NCBI GenBank assembly: GCA_024137785.1 | Contig: JAHRHZ010000222.1 | Span: forward strand, 35,804,296 to 35,868,295 | Reading direction: 5' to 3' | Source of the DNA: Ginglymostoma cirratum | Taxonomy: Eukaryota | DNA: 64,000 nucleotides | Part shown: piece by piece, positions 53,195-64,000 of the stretch | How the letters are laid out: each line of letters begins with the position of its first letter | How positions within the stretch are numbered: position 1 is the stretch's first letter | The notes under the pieces: model-generated | Database searches by the model: none | What the model saw: only the letters and a program-made list of their open reading frames with translations | What the model was told of the DNA's origin: nothing | Made by a program: the position numbers and the translations under genes

Positions 53195-53780
53195 AGGATG
53201 GCAGGATGGGTGCTGTGTCACAGCTGCAGCATGTGGGACCACCTGGTTGCCAATTTGATCCAGTGCAAACTGCTGAAAATTTATGAGCTGGAGGCTGAAC
53301 TACACATGCTGGATTGCATCAATGAGGGAGAAATTTACTTGGATTCTTTAACTAAGAGGAAATAAATCCTTTTTGGATTGAGTGTTCTGATGTGGTCAGT
53401 GGTCTTGGACAAGGAGTATAACTGTGTGTAGAACAGGTAAAGTAACACAAAGGAACAAGAACAGAGAAGCCTTAACCTTTCCATTGTTCAAACAGGTTCG
53501 AGGTTCTTTCAGCTTGTTGGATGAGAAGGGGAGTTGCAGATTGGACGATCTAATCAAGCACAGTAATATGATACAGAAACCTATTCAAATAGTAGGAGGA
53601 AACAGGAATGTAGTGGTAGCAGAGGACAATATAATCAGTGAGTTGACACTATTCTCTGGTGCAAAGACCATGCATCTAGATGGCCATTTATTTGCCTAGC
53701 ACTAGGGTTCAAGACATCTAGACAGCACTGGAGAAGAAATCTGCAGTGGGAAGATGAGGGTCTAGTTCTCATGGTCCAGG
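53195..53780 (+). mobile_element. CR1-like ORF1 remnant
   Basis: Cys-x-SCSMW-like start and VVVAEDNII (esterase-like VVGDSII) remnants. Confidence 0.45.
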
Positions 53781-54476
53781 TTTTCTCTCGACAGATGCTT
53801 CAAGGCATGCTGTGTTTTTGCAGCACTGTATTGTCAATAAGGGAGATAGATTATTGGCAGAAAAATTGGAAAGTCAGTTCAGTGGTCTCTGCTTCTTGAT
53901 TCCAATGATAAGACGATTCTTCTTCAGTTAGCCAGGTGCTTGGTGTTCAATTGTCTTTCTCTGGAAGCTTCCACTGATTTGTAAGATATGCAGAATGACT
54001 GATTCACGTGGAAAATGTCTCTGCTTTATCAATTTAAAAGCTATAGCTTGCAGCATTTGCTGCAAGGAAGTTAAATAGTTTTCTTCAAGTTTAAACTTTT
54101 GTTTTACTTCAGAGAACTGGCAGCATCTGCTGTGGAAGACAATTTCAAATCATTCTGTGTCTCTCTCTCTCTGTCGGTGTGTCCGTGCCTCTGTAACTTG
54201 TTTCCGGTTCTAACCGGCTCAGCTAGCTGAGCACCAATCAGCTTCACTTATAAACAACTCCTAAGCTCCTGATCATTTGTTCTTTGCAGGAACCCATAGC
54301 TGCAAGAAAACAGAGATTGTAACAGATTTCAAATTCCTTTCTGTGAAATCATACAGCCATCCTGGTAAATTCTTATTTTGAAAAAAAACAGTTCTTTCTC
54401 CTTGCAGCTATACTTTTTAAAGATCAAGAAATAAAACAATATGGTTCATACATTGCACAACAATATATGAACCATG

Positions 54477-55080
54477 ATAACAAGCATGGGGCTGGATGAA
54501 CACGGCAGGTCAAGCAGCATCATAGGAGCAGGAAAACTTAGGAAAAACTTAGCAGGAAAAGTTTTCCTGCTCCTATGANNNNNNNNNNNNNNNNNNNNNN
54601 NNNNNNNNNNNNNNNNNNNNNNNNNNNNNNNNNNNNNNNNNNNNNNNNNNNNNNNNNNNNNNNNNNNNNNNNNNNNNNNNNNNNNNNNNNNNNNNNNNNN
54701 NNNNNNNNNNNNNNNNNNNNNNNNNNNNNNNNNNNNNNNNNNNNNNNNNNNNNNNNNNNNNNNNNNNNNNNNNNNNNNNNNNNNNNNNNNNNNNNNNNNN
54801 NNNNNNNNNNNNNNNNNNNNNNNNNNNNNNNNNNNNNNNNNNNNNNNNNNNNNNNNNNNNNNNNNNNNNNNNNNNNNNNNNNNNNNNNNNNNNNNNNNNN
54901 NNNNNNNNNNNNNNNNNNNNNNNNNNNNNNNNNNNNNNNNNNNNNNNNNNNNNNNNNNNNNNNNNNNNNNNNNNNNNNTCAAGTTTTCCTGCTCCTATGA
55001 TGCTGCTTGGCCTGCTGTGTTCATCCAGCCCCATGCTTGTTATCTCGGATTCTCCAGCATCTGCAGTACCTTTTATCTCG
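54477..55080. mobile_element. Young PLE-type insertion with inverted arms (spans a gap)
   Basis: Minus arm 54477-54539 and plus arm ending 55079. 15-bp duplication AATATATGAACCATG at 54462-54476 and 55081-55095. Confidence 0.75.
54579..54978. other. Assembly gap (400 N)
   Basis: Run of N. Confidence 1.
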
Positions 55081-55414
55081 AATATATGAACCATGTTTTT
55101 TATCTTTAAAAAGGCCTTATCAAAATACACAAAACTCCCCAATTTACCTTAATTTTTAAATACCAAATTGACGGAAAGCATGGACTTGTTTACTGTATTT
55201 TAAAAAATTAATTACAAAAAAATTCCATCTACAACATTTGAGCTATCAATTAAATCTAATATATAGTATTTCTGTTTTACTCCTTACTTCCATCATACTG
55301 TAAGTACACTTTTCTCCTGACTATCAGCCCTATTGTAATATATTTCCAACACATTGACATTACACACCTCTTGTCCTGAATTCTCACTACGTTATTTTTT
55401 AAAAATTATTTCAT

Positions 55415-55755
55415 AGGATGTGGTTGTCACTGGCCAAGCCAGCAATAATTGCCCATCCCTAATTACCCAGAGGGCAGTTAAGCATCAACCAGAATGCTCT
55501 AGGTCTGGAGTTACATGTCAGCCAGACCAGGTAAGTGTTGCAGATTTCCTTCCTTAAAGGACATTTAGTGAGATTTTTTTTTTTCCTGGCAATCAGCATT
55601 GCTTTTGTGGTCATCATTAGACTCCTTAATTCCAGATATTTATTGAATTCAAATTCCACCATTTGCCAGAGTGGGATTCAAGCCTATGTCCCCAGAACAT
55701 TATGTGGGTTTCTGGATTTATAGTTTAGTCATAATGTAACTAGGCTATTGCCTCC
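55415..55755 (-). mobile_element. Second tRNA-derived SINE family
   Basis: Shares the GAGGGCAGTTAAG...GGTCTGGAGT core with 17370-17465, 15205-15310 and 39200-39310. Confidence 0.6.
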
Positions 55756-56129
55756 CCATTCATATCATTTAGCTCTTTCTTGATTTGATAAGGTCCAGTG
55801 ACCATGCTATTAATGGTTTCCAAGAAACAGATAACAACTTTAACACTTTGACTCCTGCAATAATGTTTTGGATCTTTTTGTATGCTCTAGTGATCAATAT
55901 TTCTTGGGTTCCCTTCAAGTGATTTTTTGCCAACTCTCACGCACAGGTCAGTTTGGTCTTGGAAATTAAAGGCAGAGATTGGAGGTGTAATTTCTAAACT
56001 TTGGATTATTAACTTTTTAAAAATTAATTTGTGGTCCTCTCACCTCATGTTAATATATTCATTCAAAAGCCTTAAATCCTGCAACTCATTCCAAGTGAAT
56101 CTAATGGTAAATACTAACAAAGCAATTCA

Positions 56130-56640
56130 GAGTCGTACTGTCATACAGCATGGAAACAGACCCTTTGATCCAACTAGTCCAAGATGACCATAATCCCAAA
56201 TTAAACCTGTCCCACCTGCCTGTGCTTAGCCCACATCCCTCCAAACATTCCTTATTCATGTACTTATCTAAATGTCTTTTAAACATTGTAACTCTACCCA
56301 TGTCCATCACTTCTTCTGGAAGTTCATTCCACACACAAACCACTCTTTTTTTAAAAAGCCCCTTATGTCTTTTTAAATCTTTCTCCTCTCACCTTAAAAA
56401 TATGCCCCCTAGTCTTGAAATCCCCCAATCTAGGGATAAGACACCTGCCATTCAGTTTATCTATACATCTCATGATTTTATGAACCACTATAAGGTCACC
56501 TCTCAACTTCCTACACTTAGCCTATCCAAACTCTCCTTATAATGCAAACCCTCCATTCCTGGAAACATCCTAGTAAATCTCTTCTGAACCCTTTCCAGCT
56601 TAATAATACCGTTTCTATAACAGAATGATCAGAACTGCTT
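56130..56640 (-). mobile_element. CR1/HER1-like LINE 3' end
   Basis: VCVWNELPEEVMDMGRVTMFKRHLDKYM. Confidence 0.8.
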
Positions 56641-56804
56641 TAGACCCAAAACTATTCTATAGGCATTACTTTAATAAGAATGACACAGATCTCTCTTAGA
56701 ATCAAAAATCCAGCCAAGAGCCCTAAAATGTTATGACCCAGCTAATGTTATGACTGAACAAGTCAGGTATCAGTCTGAAACCTGAACAAATAGATTATAT
56801 GAGA

Positions 56805-57170
56805 CAGCAAGAACTGCAGATGCTGGAGTCAGAGATAACAAGGTGTAGAGCTGGATGAACACAGCAGGCCAGGCAGCATCAGAGGAGCAGGAAAGCTGAA
56901 GTTTTGGGTTAGTACCCTTATTCAGAAAAGTAACACTTGTGTGACTTTTGAATGTTAATGAGATGCTCCCCTGTTTGCTGAACCATTCTTGATAAAATAG
57001 CCAGAATGAGAGGACAATGTTGATAAGGTGAGTGCCAAGCTGCCAAGAATAGTAATCTGAGAATGTTCATATTTGTATCAGTTTCTGTTTATGGTTTTAT
57101 GAAAGTTTTCCAGTTCCTATGATGCTGGCTGGCCTGTTATGTTCCTCCAGCTCCACACTATGTTATATCA
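56805..57170. mobile_element. PLE-type terminal-repeat arms in inverted orientation
   Basis: Minus arm ~56805-56928 with a degenerate hammerhead motif, and plus arm 57103-57168. Confidence 0.65.
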
Positions 57171-57794
57171 GATAGATTATATTTTGTTTTGTCTCGGTTT
57201 TAACAAGGTGATCTCTTTACTAACCAAAATGAATGAAAATAAAATTGAATAATCCCAACTATTTACTTACAACATAGATGAAAAGAATTGAAATACAATA
57301 AAACTATAAAACACCCCTTTGTAAGTTCCAAAGAAAAAGCAACATCTCTTTCTCATTACAATGAAACACCCCTTTTACAGTACTCACAGCAGAGAAAAAA
57401 TATTTCCCAACACCGTGATAGGCTTAAAGTAGGTTGGATTTTAGCTCCTAGACACAAAATGCTGATAGCTTCTTCTTTCTGATGCTATCAGATACCTAAG
57501 CTGAAACATACTCAGCTTCAAGTAACCATGTCAGGGTTTTATTCTAACACTTCTTATTTGAGTCTATCGCTAACTATTTATTCTCAAGTAAACTAGTTTT
57601 GATATATTCTCTTCTGGTTAAGAGCCCTGCTTTATACAACCGTAATCATCAAGGACTTCACAGCATTTTCCAAAACAAAGTAAAGCTGAAAAAATGTTTC
57701 TGCTTTCGAAGCTATGAATGTTTCACCTAAGTTTAAAAAAAAACTTTAACTGTAGAAATTTCGATTAATTTCAAAGCACTAAAGTGAAACAAAG

Positions 57795-57996
57795 AACTGT
57801 GGATGCCAGAAACTGAAACAGAAACAGAAATTGCTGGAGAAACTCAGCAGATCTGGCAGCATCTGTGGAGAGAAAGCAGAGTAAATGTTTCAGGTCCAGA
57901 AGGCTCACTGGACATAAATCATTGACTCTATTATCTCTTCACAGATGCTGGAAGATGTGCTGAGTTTCTCCAGCAATTTCTGTTTTTGTTTCAGAC
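57795..57996. mobile_element. Third PLE-like family, inverted-arm element
   Basis: AACAGAAATTGCTGGAGAAACTCAGCA versus TGCTGAGTTTCTCCAGCAATTTCTGTT inverted arms. Confidence 0.65.
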
Positions 57997-58199
57997 CTTA
58001 AAGCACAATGGTTTATGATGCTAGTTTGTAAAAACATTCTAAGTTAAGCAAAAACCTGTTAGTGCTGCCAAACCGTTTTAAAATAAATCACCATGTCTAC
58101 AGAAACACTTGAAGTTAATTATTATCTTAAGGTACGCAGAAAATCCACGTGTCAGTAACACAATGTGCAAAACCGAAAAATATATACTATATCAGACAG

Positions 58200-58750
58200 T
58201 TTAAGTTTGAGTTGTCTTGGCTAGACATTCCCATGAGTCAATGGGAATATTACATTTTTTCAAGGACACTTTGAGGACATTGTTGAAGTAGTTTCTCTGC
58301 CTTCCTGGTAACTCCTTGCCTTGATGAAGGTCAGAGTAGAAAGGCTGTTTTGGAAATCTTGTGTCAGGCATGTGGAGGATGTGGGCCACCCAATGCATTT
58401 GATTGACAATAATCAAGAGTCTGGACACACGGGATGTTGGCCTGAGAGAAAATGTTGTGATCGGATTGTGTGTCCTGCCAGTGGATTTGCAGGATTTGTA
58501 GAGTCTTTGCTGGTGATATTTTCCTCAGTATTTAAGGTATCTGTTATGCAATGTGAAATGCAATCTAGAGGGCTGAGAATGCGTCTGCCCTGTAGACCAT
58601 GAGCTTGCTGTTGGGTTTGAAGTCGTCAAACACTCTGTTCCTTAGATGGCCTAAAGACTGCATTGGCACACCGGAGGTGATGTTCTGTTCCATTGTCAAT
58701 GTGTGCCTTTGCTGAGAGGAGCCTTCTAAAGCAGCATAATTGATCCACAT
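58200..58750 (-). mobile_element. RTE-clade LINE fragment
   Basis: MPDTRFPKQPFYSDLHQGKELPGRQRNYFNNVLKVSLKKCNI, typical of an RTE ORF C-terminus. Confidence 0.72.
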
Positions 58751-58999
58751 TGGCTAATGACTCACCTTATATCTTGCTAGTTGGAATGCTGTGTTGTGAG
58801 CTGTGGTGTGAGCTGTTCCAGAAGTTTAGCCTTTAGCATCCTCTAATCCAGTGTTTTTACACCTGCTCTTGGCTGCAATGGAACTTACAGTGGGTGAGGG
58901 AGGGCCTAATGGCCATGGTCCATGTAAGTACCAATGCCATAGGTAGAACGAGTAAAGACGTTCTGCATAAAGAATCTAGAAGCTAGATACTATCTTGAA

Positions 59000-60795
59000 A
59001 GGCAATATTTCAAGGGTTAAATAATCTCTGCATTATCACTACAGCCTTAAGCAAATTGGCTTAGTGTTTATAAAATTAGAGAGTTGAACATATGATTCAA
59101 AGATGGGTGTGGGACCAGTGGACTCCAGTTTCTAGGACACTGGTACAGTACAGGGGAAAGTGTGGGCTGTACCGTTAGGAGGTACAGCCTCTGAAGCATG
59201 CTGGGGCCAATTCTGTTGTGAACAACTAAACTAGGAAAGTGGAGAGGGTTTTAATCTATATATTAGGCACAATTATGGAAAGATGCGGTATATCAAAGAG
59301 TTAGAGAAAAAAGAGCGGGAAGTGGTAATGGAGAAAACTAGGGTCAGAATATGGCAAGATGGGACAGTGAAAAAAAAAGTATGCATGAAACAAACAAGAT
59401 GAGATTTTACAAAGATAACAAAAAGATAAAATTAAAGGCTTTGTATTTGAAGGTTGGTAGCATTCATTTTTTAAACAAATTGAAAGTGCATGTTAAAATA
59501 AATAGCCATGATATTTATTACAGAGACATGGTTTCAGGATAACAAGACTTGGGATCCTGAGTATTGAAGGGAGGCAAAGTTGAATGTGCAGTGTTGTTAA
59601 TCAACGATGGCATTTGTGTAATTAGCAAGGATCAGGAGTTCAGTATATAGAATCTGTTCGAGTGGAGGCTAGGGTTAATAGGAAAATGAACTTGCCAGTT
59701 TGTGTGTGGTCTGCAGACAATGCCAACATTAACCATTATGTGGGACAAAGTTTACAAGAAGATATATTGGGTGCTTGTGATAAAATGACAACAGTAATCA
59801 TGGGTGACTTTAATGTACATAGAAAATTGAAAAATCAGAGTAGTTGACGTGGGCTGGATGAGGAGTTTTTAGAATGCTTTCAAGATAGAGCCACATGTTT
59901 TGGGCCAGAGCAGGTTATATTAAACCTGCTCTTTTGTAACTAAATAAGTGAGGGAGAGGATCAAAGTTAAGGAAAACGCACATAGCAGCTCAAAGCTGAG
60001 TGGCAGGTCAGATGATTGGTCACAATATAGAAGGTCACAATATATTGGTCACAACAGCATAGAAGGAATACAAGGTTAATCAGGTGAAGATATTAGAAGA
60101 TGAGAGGAAGCAACCTAGGAATATATAAACAGATAGCCATAGATATTTAAAAAGGAATGGACTAAGTAAAATGAGTGTTGGTCCTCTAGAGTGTGAGAAT
60201 GTGAGTTAATAGAAAATAATGAGGAAATGATGGATGAAATAAACAAATGTTTTACTTCACTATACAGGATACAACAAACTAAGTCAAGAAGTGGAAGGCG
60301 GAGACGAACTAGGCGAAATCATAATCACCAGCGAAGTGATACTAAGCAAATGGATGGACCTGCAGCCCAACAAGTCTGTGGGCTTAGATGGACTTCATTC
60401 CAGCATCTTAAAAGAGGTTGTTACAGAAGTACCAGATGCCAATTTTCCAAACACCCTACATTCAGAAAAAGTTGAATCAGACTGTAAAGTAGTAAGTACT
60501 GTCCTTTCATTCAAGAAACAAGGGAAGCAGAAAACAAGAAACTATGGGCTGGTTACCTTCACATCTGTCATGAGGAAGGTGTTAGAATCAATCATTAAAG
60601 AGATTATAGTTGTATACTTAGAAAAACCCAAGGTAATTGGGAAGAAACGACATAGTTTCTTCAAAGGGAAACACACATAACCAATTTATTGCAGATCTTT
60701 GAAGAAGTAACGTGCACTGTGGATAAAGGAGACCCTGTAAACACACTGTATTTGGATTTCCAGAAACATTTGATAAGGCACCACATCAGAAGTTA
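59000..60795 (+). mobile_element. CR1-like LINE (EN to RT), interrupted
   Basis: TVIMGDFN, KSVGLDGLHSSILKE, NYGLVTFTSVMRKVLESII, YLDFQK. The continuation lies inverted at 61050-61339. Confidence 0.8.
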
Positions 60796-60877
60796 ACAAG
60801 CATGGGGCTGGATGAACACAGCAGGTCAAGCAGCATCATAGGAGCAGGAAAACTCGACGTTTCGGGCCTAAACCCTT
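60796..60877 (-). mobile_element. Young PLE-type arm
   Basis: Minus strand AAGGGTTTAGGCCCGAAACGTCGAGTTTTCCTGCTCC..., same subfamily as 33642. Confidence 0.75.
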
Positions 60878-61339
60878 AGAGACAGATTCAACACAAAGGT
60901 TTCAAAAGAGATCTGGATATTTATTTGAAAGTGATGAGTTTAGAGCGCTGCGGAGATAGGGCTGGAAAATGAGACTAGCTAGGTAGCTCTTTTGGGAGCT
61001 GGTACAAACACAATGGGTCAAATGACCTCCTTCTGTACTGAAAAATTCTATACTTCTATGATTCTACGTAATCTTCAAAACTTTCCTACCTATCTTGGCA
61101 TCTTCCATGAATTTAGTTACCATACTTTCACTCCCCTCATCTAAATCATCGATGTAAATTGTAATAAGTTGAGATCCAGTACAGACCCCTATGTGACTCC
61201 ACTATTTACATTCTGACAATCAGACAAAGTCCCATTTAATCGTCCTCTCGGTTTAGTGCCAGCCAATTTTCTATCAATGCTAATATGTCATCCCCTACAC
61301 CATGTGCTTTTATTTTCCACAATAACTTCTGATGTGGTG

Positions 61340-61443
61340 GAGATAAAAGGTACTGCAGATGCTGGAGAATCTGAGATAACAAGCATNNNNNNNNNNATGA
61401 ACACAGCAGGTCAAGCAGCATCATAGGAGCAGGAAAACTCGAC
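61340..61443 (-). mobile_element. Young PLE-type arm (contains a 10-N gap)
   Basis: GAGATAAAAGGTACTGCAGATGCTGGAGAATC...GGAAAACTCGAC, the reverse complement of the 54979-55079 arm. Confidence 0.75.
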
Positions 61444-62770
61444 TTGAAATGTTGACCCCGAATTACTGACATGCCAACTAATGGAAACAGAATATCCTTC
61501 TTTACCCTGACAAAATTGAACATAATTTTGAACACCTCAATAAGGTCATCTGTTAGTCTTCTCGGCTTCAAGGAGAGTAAGACCAATCTTTCCTTGCATT
61601 GAAAATCCCTCATTGCTGGTATCATTTGAGTTAATCTCCTTTGAACTGTCTCCAGGATTTTAACATCCTTCCTAAAATAAGGTGCCAAGAACTGAATACG
61701 ATACTTCAAATATTTGTAGAGGTCTAACATCACTTTGCTTTTATACACTAGTCGCAGTTTATAAACCCAATGATATTAAGAGCCTTCTTAACAACTGTTT
61801 CAACTTGCCTGGCCACCTTCAGAGAATAGTGCACATGAACTCCCAAGGTCCCTTTGTTCTTGTACTCCCCCTAAGTTTGTACCATCGAGCCTGTTTTGTA
61901 TCTCTCTGTTTCTTCTACCAAAATGAATTACCTCACATTTCTCGACCAGCTAGGTACCTGGCCCATTTGGCCGACTTATCAATGTACTTCTGAAGTTGCT
62001 TGGCATTATCCTCACAATTCACTATTCTCCTTTTCTTCGTATCATGTGCAAATTTAAAGCTTTCACCATCAACAGCCAAATTGTGCATATAAATCAGAAA
62101 CAGCAAGGGTCCCGCCACCAGTCCTTGAGGAACACTATTTTCAACTCGTCTCCAATCTGAGAAATGCCCATCTATAACTGTCCTCAGTTTAGCCACCTTC
62201 TAATCCATGCTGCCAAGAACATATCAATACCAAACATTCATATTTGCTAACAAATCTGCCATGTGGCACCACATCAAATGCTTTCCAAAAGTCCAAATAT
62301 ACAACATCTACAACGTTATCCTCATTCACTCCCTGTGTCACCTTGTCAAAGAACTGAGTTAAAATTGTCAGACATGACCTGTCCTTGTTTACCTTATCCT
62401 GTACCATAGCTTCTATTAGTTTTCCCTCTATTGATGTCAAACTGACAGGTATGTCGTTTCCTGAATTGTCCTTTGCCCCTTTATTAAACAAAAGTGTCAC
62501 ATTTGCAATCCTGTGTTCGGATAGGCCTGGAAAATTTCTGTCAACGACTCCACAATTTGCTCCTTTACATCTCTCAGCAATCTAGGACGTATCCAATCTG
62601 GGCCTGGTGACTTCTCTACCTGGAGTCGTGCCAATCTTTTCAGCACCTCTTCTTTATCTATACTATACTGCTCAGTTGCTCAACACCCACATTTCCAAAT
62701 GGGCCATTGTCACCACCTTCTAATTTTGTAAACAGAGAAGCAAAATATTCATTTGGTACCTTTGCCATAT
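61444..62770 (-). mobile_element. CR1-like LINE ORF2
   Basis: DVVYLDFWKAFDVVPHGR, SVPQGLVAGPLLFLIY, LETVQRRLTQMIP. Confidence 0.85.
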
Positions 62771-63099
62771 CCTACTCCCTAACTCCTGAAACTGATCCTG
62801 CAGGTCCTCTAGTCTATCCCATTCTATGTTGTTTGTTCACCCTCCTTTTCCAGAGCTTTATCCAGCCACTTTGTTATGCCCCAAACCCTTGCACCCAGGA
62901 GGCAACAGATCATTCAGGACTCATGTTCTTGGCTGCAAACTAGACTTCTCTTGAATTTTTGAGTAACCCACCACTACTACCTTTTTAATCTGCCTACTAG
63001 AGTCTCTCTCTTCTCCCAGTTGAGCCTTGGGCACCATGGTACTATGGTAAGGGAGTTACAGACGGTCATAGATTTTTGCCCACTCTTCCTATCATATGG

Positions 63100-63890
63100 G
63101 AAGCTGTGAAGTTGTTCAATTTAACAGGAGGAATGAAAAAGTGGACAATTACTCAGAGTGACTGCAGAATTTTAAGGTGCAGAGGGATTTGGGTGTTCTG
63201 GTGCATGAATCACAAAAGGTTAGGACGCAGATACACCACATAATTAAGAATGCTAATGGAATGCCATCCTTTATTTCAAAAGGAATTGAACATAAAATTA
63301 ATAATGTTATTCTTCAGTTATACGGAACACTGGTGAGACCACATGTTCAATACTGTGTGTAGTTTTGATGTCCTTATTTAAGGAAGGATGTAAATGCATT
63401 GGTGGTTCAAAGGACATGTGCTACGTTGATACTTAGAATGAGCGGATTGTTTCATGGGGATACGCTGGACAGACGGCTTTGCTTCTACTGGAGTTTATAA
63501 AAGTGAGGGGTGATTTGTTTGAAGTGTATATGATTGTGAATGATCCAGACAAAATGGATATGGAAATGATGTTTCCTCTTATGCGTAAGTCCAGAACTAA
63601 GGGGTACTGTTCTAAAAAAAAGTTGTCCTTTCGGGACAGACTTGAAGTGAATTTATTTCTCTCTGAACGTTTTGCAACTTTGCGAATCTCTGTATCAATA
63701 GCTGGAGGAGATACAGTCACTGAATACTTTTAAGGCAGAGGTGGAAGGACCTTGTTAGGCATAGTAATCGGGGACTATCAAGGGTAGATGGGAAAATGGA
63801 ATTCAAAACACAAAGAGATCAGCATGGTCTTAACTGAATGGCAAAGCAGACTTGAAGGCCCCAAATGGACTACTTCTCCTATTTAATATG
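63100..63890 (+). mobile_element. CR1-like LINE 3' region
   Basis: QRDLGVLVHESQK...LYGTLVRPHVQYCV and RGDLFEVY. Confidence 0.82.
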
Positions 63891-64000
63891 TTTAAATGTT
63901 CATTCTGTCATATACCTGTGTGAATGTATCGATGATAGTTTGGAGCTCAGTCTCTGAATGTGTGCATATGTAATTGTCAGCTGCATGAAACAACTTGATA

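Noticed and set aside
54446-55142. Long ORFs across the second gap
   Set aside because: Artefacts of the N run.
1-64000. Prokaryotic systems (CRISPR arrays, operons, defence islands) and an intact autonomous retroelement
   Set aside because: The sequence is a spliced vertebrate locus. I saw no regularly spaced repeat-spacer array, and all RT/EN frames are broken.

Overview
Eukaryotic, repeat-rich vertebrate DNA. The HE1-type V-SINEs and CR1/HER1-like LINEs point to a shark or ray (inference). The only host gene I can support is the 3' part of naked cuticle homolog 1 (nkd1) on the + strand: six coding exons at 17115-17221, 23723-23818, 36443-36581, 41383-41467, 41797-41927 and 42579-43168. 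They splice in frame with GT-AG sites and encode the EF-hand/EFX domain, the HCVDENIERRNHYLDLAGIENY motif and the poly-His C-terminus, followed by a ~2.5 kb repeat-free 3' UTR. The 5' exons were not found and probably lie upstream. The rest is intron or intergenic DNA filled with decayed CR1, RTE and Tx1 LINEs, tRNA-derived SINEs and three assembly gaps. The most interesting non-gene signal is a set of short Penelope-like (PLE) terminal-repeat elements carrying minimal hammerhead-ribozyme motifs (CTGATGA-A-stem II-GAAAC-GTC). At least three variant families are present. The youngest forms insertions with 9-17 bp target duplications and inverted arms, two of its arms start exactly at the predicted cleavage site, and one copy marks a local ~570 bp inversion. 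There is also a locally templated patchwork insertion that creates a perfect 32-bp hairpin. All coordinates were read by eye and repeat boundaries are approximate.
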